Of a DNA stretch of 6,055 bases, positions 1 through 4,597 are shown one piece after another. The stretch is from Escherichia coli. Lineage in GTDB: Bacteria; Pseudomonadota; Gammaproteobacteria; Enterobacterales; Enterobacteriaceae. The stretch is from the NCBI RefSeq assembly GCF_048403405.1, contig NZ_CP183132.1; one strand, written 5' to 3'. Both the position numbers and the translations under genes were made by a program. The notes under the pieces are model-generated. The model saw only the letters and a list, made by a program, of their open reading frames with translations, did not search any database and was not told the DNA's origin. Every line of letters begins with the position of its first letter. The stretch's first letter is position 1.

Positions 1-2
1 TC

Positions 3-31
3 TTGAGATCCTTTTTTTCTGCGCGTAATCT
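3..31 (+). promoter_or_regulatory. RNAII (replication preprimer) promoter: -35 TTGAGA (3-8), 17-bp spacer, -10 TAATCT (26-31)
   Basis: The block tcttgagatcctttttttctgcgcgtaatctgctgc matches the pMB1/pBR322 RNAII promoter as I recall it. The hexamers and spacing are read directly. The native upstream context is visible at the second copy (5634-5662). Confidence 0.8.
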
Positions 32-40
32 GCTGCCTGT

Positions 41-144
41 AAACGAAAAAACCGCCTTGCAGGGCGGTTTGATCGAAGGTTAAGTCAGCTTGCAGACTGC
101 TTAACCAGGTAACTGTCTTATGCGAGACGAGTCACCAAAATTGT
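41..144 (-). ncRNA. RNAI: RNAI antisense copy-number control RNA (about 100-105 nt)
   Basis: It is antisense to the RNAII 5' end. The 5' end is at 144 (minus strand ACAATTTTGG, compare pMB1 ACAGTATTTGG), 6 nt downstream of its -10. The 3' end is the stem-loop 70-49 followed by a minus-strand T-run (TTTTTTCGTTT), which acts as an intrinsic terminator. It has the three stem-loops typical of RNAI. Confidence 0.85.
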
Positions 145-150
145 TCTTCT

Positions 151-180
151 AGTGTAGCCGCACTCCGGCAGCCACTTCAA
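151..180 (-). promoter_or_regulatory. RNAI promoter: -35 TTGAAG (180-175), 18-bp spacer, -10 TACACT (156-151)
   Basis: The plus-strand agtgta...cttcaa has the same hexamers and the same 18-bp spacing as the pBR322 RNAI promoter I recall (ctagtgtagccgtagttaggccaccacttcaag). Confidence 0.8.
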
Positions 181-604
181 GTACTCTCTAAATATCTCGC
201 ACATGACTTTTACCAATGGCTGCTGCCAGTGGCGCTTTGTGGTGTCTTTTCCGGGTTGGACCCAAGAGAACAGTTACCGGAGAAGGCGCAGCAGTCGGGC
301 TGAACGGGGGGTTCCTGCATACAGCCCAGCCCGGAGCGAACTGCCTAAGTCGCCCCGAGATACCAGAAGACGTGAGCTATGAGAAAGCGCCACGTGTCCC
401 GTAAGGGAGAAAGGCGGAAAAGGTATCCGGTAATCGATATGGCGGGAACGTGGGGGCGCAGGAGGGAGCGATTCACCGGAAACGGTGATGATCTTTAAGC
501 CACGTCGGGTTTCGCCACCGCTGGCGGATTTCATGGTTGAGCCGCAAGGCTCCCACAGATGCACCGAAAAAGTGTCTGTTTTGTGAAGTCCGTCAGGGGG
601 GCGG

Positions 605-625
605 AGCCTATGGAAAAAGCGCCTC
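605..625 (+). other. oriV: RNA-to-DNA transition point of the ColE1-type origin (approximate)
   Basis: ggagcctatggaaaaa is conserved with pMB1, where the origin maps in the A-run (pBR322 coordinate about 2535). Here the run is at 614-618. Confidence 0.7.
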
Positions 626-734
626 CGGCGCGGCCTTTCCCGGGGTTTCGTTTTTTGCGTACATGTTCTTTCCTGGTTTATCCCCGGGTTCTGTGGATAA
701 CAGGGTTAGCGTTTTTGAGAAAGGAGAGTCCGCT

Positions 735-800
735 CGCCGCAGCCGAACGACCGAGCGTAGCGAGTCAGTGAGCGAGGAAGCGGAAGAGCGCCTGAACTGG
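735..800. other. Conserved post-origin block, possibly the primosome assembly (PriA/n-prime) site region
   Basis: cgaccgagcg.agcgagtcagtgagcgaggaagcggaagagcgcctg is nearly identical to the pBR322 segment downstream of ori. It contains GAAGCGG (777-783), which I recall as part of n-prime recognition sites. The functional assignment is from memory only. Confidence 0.3.
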
Positions 801-869
801 CATTTTCTCCTTACGCATCTGTGCGGCATTTCACACCGGACATGGCGCACTTTTCATACAATCCGCACT

Positions 870-960
870 GATGCCGAATGGTTAAGCCAGTATACACTCC
901 GCTATCGCTACGTGACTGGGTCAGGGCTTCGCCCCGACACCCCAAAGGTCAACGGCCTGA
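870..960 (-). other. oriT: bom / oriT of a MOB-HEN (ColE1-type) mobilisation system; putative nic between 887 and 886 on the minus strand
   Basis: gttaagccagtatacactccgctatcgctacgtgactgggtca (881-923) is almost identical to the pBR322 bom segment. The minus strand reads CTGG/CTTA (890-883), which I recall as the ColE1 nic sequence. The extent and the exact nic position are recalled, not derived. Confidence 0.7.
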
Positions 961-1035
961 CGCGCCCTGGCGGGCTTGTCTGCTCCCGGCATCCGCTCAC
1001 AGACAAGCTGTGACCGTCTCCGGGAGCTGCATGTG

Positions 1036-1227
1036 TCAGCGGTTTTCACCGTCATCCCCGAAGCGTGCGAGGCAACTGCGGTAAAGCTCATCGGCGTGGT
1101 CGTGAAGCGATTCACAGATGTCTGCCTGTTCATCCGCGTCCAGTTCGTTGAGCTTCTCCAGCAGCGTTAATGTCTGGCCTCTGATGAAGCGGGCCATGTT
1201 AAGGGCGGTTTTTTCCTGTTTGGTCAC
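1036..1227 (-). CDS. rop: Rop/Rom, the RNAI-RNAII kissing-complex stabilising protein (63 aa, GTG start)
   Basis: The last 63 codons of the 87-aa ORF read VTKQEKTALNMARFIRGQTLTLLEKLNELDADEQADICESLHDHADELYRSCLARFGDDGENR. This is essentially pBR322 Rop with S to G at residue 17 and a C-terminal L to R change. The GTG at 1227-1225 is preceded by ggaggcatca, as in pBR322. The upstream in-frame ATG at 1299 gives an extension not seen in Rop. Confidence 0.95.
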   Translation of the reverse strand: MTKQEKTALNMARFIRGQTLTLLEKLNELDADEQADICESLHDHADELYRSCLARFGDDGENR

Positions 1228-1258
1228 TGATGCCTCCGTGTAAGGGGGGGTTCTGTTC

Positions 1259-1615
1259 ATGGGGGTAATGATACCGATGAAACGCGAGAGGATGCTCACG
1301 ATACGGGTTACTGATGATGAACATGCCCGGTTACTGGAACGCTGTGAGGGTAAACAACTGGCGGTATGGATGCGGCGGGTCTGCCTGGGTGAGCCGGTTG
1401 CCCGTTCCGGGAAGCTGCCGACACTGGCACCGCCGTTACTGCGTCAGCTGGCCGCCATCGGGAATAACCTTAACCAGACAGCGAGGAAGGTGAACAGCGG
1501 GCAGTGGTCTTCCGGTGACCGGGTTCAGGTGGTGGCCGCACTGATGGCCATCGGGGATGAGCTGCGCCGGCTGCGTCTGGCGGTCAGGGAACAGGGGGCG
1601 CGGGATGATAGTTAA
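1259..1615 (+). CDS. mbeC: MbeC/MobC-family relaxosome accessory protein (ribbon-helix-helix)
   Basis: MKRERMLTIRVTDDEHARLLERCEG forms an RHH-type N-terminus, and AAIGNNLNQTARKVN is the MobC-family motif. The first ~100 nt of this gene survive beside rop in pBR322. The start is ambiguous among the in-frame ATGs at 1259, 1268 and 1277. ATG 1259 has a G-run (1244-1250) 8 nt upstream. The 3' end overlaps the mbeA start by 11 nt. Confidence 0.85.
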   Translation: MGVMIPMKRERMLTIRVTDDEHARLLERCEGKQLAVWMRRVCLGEPVARSGKLPTLAPPLLRQLAAIGNNLNQTARKVNSGQWSSGDRVQVVAALMAIGDELRRLRLAVREQGARDDS

Positions 1616-3170
1616 GTTTCATGCCAGGGGAAAAGGTGGTGGCAGTGGTCCGGTTGATTACCTGCTGGGAAGGGAGCGTAACCGGGAAGGGGCAACGGTG
1701 CTTCAGGGGAATCCGGAAGAGGTCCGGGAACTCATCGATGCCACGCCATTTGCGAAGAAATACACGTCAGGTGTTCTGTCGTTCGCGGAGAAGGAGCTGC
1801 CGCCTGGAGGGCGTGAAAAAGTGATGGCGAGCTTTGAGCGTGTACTGATGCCCGGTCTCGAGAAAAATCAGTACAGCATCCTGTGGGTGGAGCACCAGGA
1901 CAAGGGACGGCTTGAGCTGAATTTTGTCATTCCGAACATGGAGCTACAGACCGGAAAACGCCTCCAGCCGTACTACGACCGGGCAGACAGGCCGAGAATT
2001 GATGCCTGGCAGACGCTGGTGAATCACCATTACGGTCTGCATGACCCCAACGCCCCGGAGAACCGCCGGACGCTGACCCTTCCTGATAACCTGCCGGAAA
2101 CGAAACAGGCGCTTGCTGAGGGCGTCACACGCGGGATAGACGCGCTTTACCATGCCGGAGAGATAAAAGGCCGTCAGGATGTGATTCAGGCGCTCACAGA
2201 GGCGGGGCTTGAAGTGGTCAGGGTGACGCGAAGCAGTATCAGCATTGCAGACCCGAACGGCGGGAGGAATATCAGACTGAAAGGAGCGTTTTATGAGCAA
2301 TCTTTTACAGACGGGCGCGGAGTTCGAGAAAAAGCTGAAAGAGAGAGCCGAATCTACAGAGAAAATGCTGAACGACGAGTTCAGGAAGCTCGAAGAATCT
2401 GTAAACAGGGAACTGACCTCAAACGAATCTTTAATCAGGAACGCTATCAACGACCATACAACAGCCCTGAAAGAACTGCTGGAGAGGTATCAGAAAACGA
2501 CCGTCGATACGATGGACGCGCACTGGAAAACCGTACTGAAAATGAGCGTGAAACGCTGGCTGTGGCTGATTATCGTCTCAGTACTGATGTTTGCCACGAC
2601 CGGGAGTCTGCTGTGGTACCAGGGCATGAAGATAAACGCGAATATGAATATTCTCCGCGAGCAGAAAGAGAGTCTGGAGAAGCTGAACGCGAAGACATGG
2701 GGCGTGCGTTATCACGAGGACAGCAACGGACGTTTTCTGGTGTTGCCGAAGGGGATGAAAGCCGAAACGAACTGGACGAAGGACAACGGCAAACTGAACG
2801 CAGTGAGACTGGTGCAGGAGTGACAGAGCATGACGGAGCTGGAAAGACATTTGCTGAACGCATTAGAGCAACTGCAACAGGACTATATGCAGCGGCTGAA
2901 CGAATGGGAGAACGCCTTCGTGGAATTGCAGAAAATGTTTTCGCTTACGCAACGGGACAACGCGATGCTGAACGGGCGAGTCATGCAGTTGAGTCAGCAG
3001 GTGCAGCACTTGAGCGAGCGGACAGAACGCTTGAGCCAGTTATACAGCGAGAACAGGAGATAAGGGATGAACGGCTGATGCAGGAACGCGAACATGAGTT
3101 ATCTCTGGAGCGGGAGCGTCAGCCGGAAATCCAGGAGCGGACACTGGATGGCCCTTCGCTGGGATGGTGA
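1605..3170 (+). CDS. mbeA: MbeA/MobA relaxase, MOB-HEN family (521 aa from ATG 1605)
   Basis: MIVKFHARGKGGGSGPVDYLLG carries the catalytic Tyr19 (codon 1659-1661). LWVEHQDKGRLELNFVIPN gives His97, Glu104 and Asn106, the HEN motif described for ColE1 MbeA. The ORF-track start at 1557 adds 16 residues that overlap mbeC. ATG 1605 matches the ColE1 N-terminus. Confidence 0.95.
   Translation: MIVKFHARGKGGGSGPVDYLLGRERNREGATVLQGNPEEVRELIDATPFAKKYTSGVLSFAEKELPPGGREKVMASFERVLMPGLEKNQYSILWVEHQDKGRLELNFVIPNMELQTGKRLQPYYDRADRPRIDAWQTLVNHHYGLHDPNAPENRRTLTLPDNLPETKQALAEGVTRGIDALYHAGEIKGRQDVIQALTEAGLEVVRVTRSSISIADPNGGRNIRLKGAFYEQSFTDGRGVREKAERESRIYRENAERRVQEARRICKQGTDLKRIFNQERYQRPYNSPERTAGEVSENDRRYDGRALENRTENERETLAVADYRLSTDVCHDRESAVVPGHEDKREYEYSPRAERESGEAEREDMGRALSRGQQRTFSGVAEGDESRNELDEGQRQTERSETGAGVTEHDGAGKTFAERIRATATGLYAAAERMGERLRGIAENVFAYATGQRDAERASHAVESAGAALERADRTLEPVIQREQEIRDERLMQEREHELSLERERQPEIQERTLDGPSLGW
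2293..2823 (+). CDS. mbeB: MbeB/MobB mobilisation protein, nested in the +1 frame of mbeA (176 aa, one TM segment)
   Basis: AGGAG (2282-2286) lies 6 nt before the ATG. The N-terminal half looks coiled-coil, followed by the hydrophobic segment RWLWLIIVSVLMFATTGSLLWY. Position and size match the known ColE1 mbeB nested inside mbeA. Confidence 0.8.
   Translation: MSNLLQTGAEFEKKLKERAESTEKMLNDEFRKLEESVNRELTSNESLIRNAINDHTTALKELLERYQKTTVDTMDAHWKTVLKMSVKRWLWLIIVSVLMFATTGSLLWYQGMKINANMNILREQKESLEKLNAKTWGVRYHEDSNGRFLVLPKGMKAETNWTKDNGKLNAVRLVQE
2830..3063 (+). CDS. mbeD: MbeD/MobD small mobilisation protein, nested in mbeA in the same frame as mbeB (77 aa)
   Basis: CAGGAG (2815-2820) lies 9 nt before the ATG, which starts 7 nt after the mbeB stop. 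The sequence is heptad-like and helical (LLNALEQLQQDYMQRLNEWENAFVELQKMF). The position matches ColE1 mbeD, which I recall being linked to entry exclusion. Confidence 0.7.
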   Translation: MTELERHLLNALEQLQQDYMQRLNEWENAFVELQKMFSLTQRDNAMLNGRVMQLSQQVQHLSERTERLSQLYSENRR

Positions 3171-3231
3171 AACCATGAAAAATGACGTGTTCAGTGGATT
3201 AAGGCGGGCTAATGTGGCCTGTAGCATCTGG

Positions 3232-3258
3232 TTGCATAGGTATTCATGCGGTTAAAAT
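3232..3258 (+). promoter_or_regulatory. Pcer-like promoter: -35 TTGCAT (3232-3237), 15-bp spacer, -10 TAAAAT (3253-3258)
   Basis: The hexamers are near-consensus with an unusually short 15-bp spacer. This matches the published description of ColE1 Pcer as I remember it. The promoter overlaps the candidate ARG box. Confidence 0.6.
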
Positions 3259-3264
3259 TTATCA

Positions 3265-3345
3265 GGTGCGATCGCGGCAGTTTTTCGGGTGGTTTGTTGC
3301 CATTTTTACCTGTCTGCTGCCGTGATCGCACCGAACGCGTTTTGG
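3265..3345 (+). ncRNA. rcd: Rcd-like small RNA (dimer-induced cell-division checkpoint RNA), ends approximate
   Basis: It lies downstream of the Pcer-like promoter. A long hairpin pairs ggtgcgatcgcggcag (3265-3280) with ctgccgtgatcgcacc (3317-3332): 16 bp with one G-U. It is followed by the palindrome aacgcgtt and a T-run (3340-3343). Confidence 0.5.
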
Positions 3346-3346
3346 C

Positions 3347-3375
3347 GGTGCGTACAATGCGACGTTATGGTAAAT
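3347..3375 (+). other. Xer core: XerC arm GGTGCGTACAA (3347-3357), central region TGCGACG (3358-3364, 7 bp), XerD arm TTATGGTAAAT (3365-3375)
   Basis: Both arms are identical to the ColE1 cer arms (GGTGCGTACAA-TTAAGGGA-TTATGGTAAAT). The central region differs in both sequence and length. Confidence 0.85.
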
Positions 3376-3465
3376 GGAGCGGATTTTCAGGAAGGAGTGA
3401 TACTAACAACTCGAACACTGTGCAAATAATGATTTTTTTAAAATATCGGTAACGATAATAAATTA

Positions 3466-3494
3466 TTTCGTTTTACGCCGGTAATAAATATAAT
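3466..3494 (+). promoter_or_regulatory. Candidate promoter for the cargo operon: perfect -10 TATAAT (3489-3494) with only a weak -35 (TTTCGT 3466-3471 at 17 bp)
   Basis: This is the only consensus -10 in the AT-rich leader upstream of the first cargo gene. TTTACG (3472-3477) is a better -35 but lies only 11 bp away. The call is weak because AT-rich DNA produces such hexamers by chance. Confidence 0.3.
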
Positions 3495-3543
3495 GTAGTT
3501 TCAGTATATAAAAAAATATATGAGGTGTCTTGTGGGAGCTTTC

Positions 3544-4596
3544 ATGAATCTTCAACAACGTATAAATAAACTACCACAATTATCATCCAGTTTTTCATTT
3601 GGAAAAGATATTGATAATATTCATTCATTTATCTTTAACGAAACTTCTAAAGATAAAATTGAAGATTTACTAAGAAAATGGGTGTCAGGCAATCAGCCCT
3701 GTGTATTTGGTAAATTGGCAAGCAAGAAAATTAAAGGGCTTGATTTCCATTTATCTATTGTAAATAGCCCCCAACTATATAATGATGATGGTCATTTGTT
3801 TGATTTTTTGCGTAATGAAAGAGTTCGTTTTAAAGAACGCGCAAGAAGAGGAGAGGTCAGTGCGCATCTCATTTATTTTATTCATCCACAACTTGCCTTT
3901 GCTCGTCCATCAGAAGAGTTAGTGGACATACAAAAATATATTTGTTCGCTGCATATGCCAGAGTGCTATCCAATAAAAGAGGATGTTATTTATACTGAAA
4001 GCGTACCATTTCAGGATAAAGATGGGCTAAAAATATATAAGGCTGGTGTTAATGTTTTTTACTCTTCTGCTCATAGAACAAGAAATCATGATAGAAGAAT
4101 ACCAGGGGGAATACTTATTTCTGTAAATGCCCCGGGGCATTTTATGAGGCTGGCGATAGAAAAAGGTTTCTATAAAGATCAAGAACAAGCGTTAGCGGAT
4201 ATTCGTAACATGACTATTCAGTCTGTTGGTAAGGGTGGGTATTCACATCCGGAAGGGATTTCTACAACATGGCATTCAGAATCTAATTTGGATCGTTTTG
4301 GATGCCCAGTGCACACCGGTAATAGTTCTTATTACAGCGGTTTTTATCATACTGATGTATTAATTCCAGGAGAATTAACTAAGGATGAAAGATTGCTCCA
4401 TGAAATAGAAAATAGTGATCCAATGATCTTCAACTGGAATGTATTGTTTTATGTTTCATTAGAAGAGTTTCCTATAGATGATCCTTATTATGGAGAGTTT
4501 ATTGGTATTCCTGTAGATGATGCATCTATGTTTTTTAACTCCTTTCAACCAAGGAAATTTGAAAACAAACCCCTTTATGAGAAAGAGGATGATTAA
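3544..4596 (+). CDS. Uncharacterised soluble 350-aa protein (cargo gene A), possibly a metal- or heme-dependent enzyme
   Basis: A long ORF in AT-rich DNA. GGGAG (3534-3538) lies 5 nt before ATG 3544. Alternative in-frame starts are ATG 3520 and GTG 3532. There is no signal peptide or TM segment. The protein is His-rich and has four Cys. Motifs include NQPCVFGK (Cys53), C134-x2-H-x3-C141 (CSLHMPEC), H177-RTRN-H182-DRR and GCPVH. I cannot confidently recognise a family. Confidence 0.85.
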   Translation: MNLQQRINKLPQLSSSFSFGKDIDNIHSFIFNETSKDKIEDLLRKWVSGNQPCVFGKLASKKIKGLDFHLSIVNSPQLYNDDGHLFDFLRNERVRFKERARRGEVSAHLIYFIHPQLAFARPSEELVDIQKYICSLHMPECYPIKEDVIYTESVPFQDKDGLKIYKAGVNVFYSSAHRTRNHDRRIPGGILISVNAPGHFMRLAIEKGFYKDQEQALADIRNMTIQSVGKGGYSHPEGISTTWHSESNLDRFGCPVHTGNSSYYSGFYHTDVLIPGELTKDERLLHEIENSDPMIFNWNVLFYVSLEEFPIDDPYYGEFIGIPVDDASMFFNSFQPRKFENKPLYEKEDD

Positions 4597-4597
4597 T

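Larger units (their letters stand above)
39..619 (+). ncRNA. RNAII: RNAII preprimer of a ColE1-type origin (ends approximate)
   Basis: The start is placed at g39 (GTAAACGAAAAAACC, compare pMB1 GCAAACAAAAAAACC), about 7 nt after the -10. The 5' domain folds into three stem-loops (49-70, 78-106, 108-136). The 3' end is placed in the A-run of the conserved block gtcaggggggcggagcctatggaaaaa (592-618), which contains the RNase H processing / RNA-DNA switch point in ColE1/pMB1. Confidence 0.85.
3171..3375 (+). other. cer: cer-type XerCD/ArgR/PepA-dependent multimer resolution site (accessory sequences plus core)
   Basis: gcataggtattcatgcggttaaaatttatcagg.gcgatcgcggcagtttttcgggtggtttgttgccatttttacctgtctgctgccgtgatcgc closely matches ColE1 cer as I recall it. 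A candidate ARG box, TGCATAGGTATTCA (3233-3246), matches the core 14 positions of the consensus at 11 of 14. The left boundary is approximate. Confidence 0.85.

Noticed and set aside
216-1170. Eight track ORFs of 62-158 aa on both strands (216-404, 274-564, 537-1013, 559-771, 608-850, 878-1084, 921-1133, 976-1170)
   Set aside because: They lie over the RNAII/ori/bom region, which is conserved with pMB1 at the nucleotide level and functions as RNA or DNA sites. They have no SD context, and the translations are Arg/Pro/Gly-rich as expected from GC-rich non-coding DNA. The minus-strand part beyond 1036 is explained by rop.
1228-1299. N-terminal 24-codon extension of rop (ATG at 1299)
   Set aside because: Rop is a 63-aa protein with a GTG start preceded by GGAGG in pBR322. 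The same context is present here at 1227. The extension would run across the divergent mbeC start.
1557-1604. Upstream ATG (1557) for the relaxase giving 537 aa
   Set aside because: ATG 1605 reproduces the ColE1 MbeA N-terminus MIVKFHARGK and puts the catalytic Tyr at position 19. The extension simply reads through the 3' end of mbeC in another frame.
1621-2863. Alternative-frame and antisense ORFs within the mob operon (1621-1824 plus strand; 1944-2450, 2570-2863 and 2578-2850 minus strand)
   Set aside because: These are shadow ORFs in GC-rich coding DNA that is already used in one or two frames. They have no SD and low-complexity Ser/Arg/Pro-rich products, and I know of no counterpart in ColE1 mob regions.
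3175-3255. 26-codon mini-ORF (MKNDVFSGLRRANVACSIWLHRYSCG) just after mbeA
   Set aside because: It lies within the cer accessory sequences and ends inside the Pcer -10. Conservation here is better explained by PepA/ArgR binding. There is no strong SD, and it is too short to support from sequence alone.
3246-3452. 68-aa ORF across cer
   Set aside because: It overlaps the Pcer/Rcd hairpin and the XerCD core, which are conserved as DNA/RNA elements. The product is Arg/Cys-rich and implausible.
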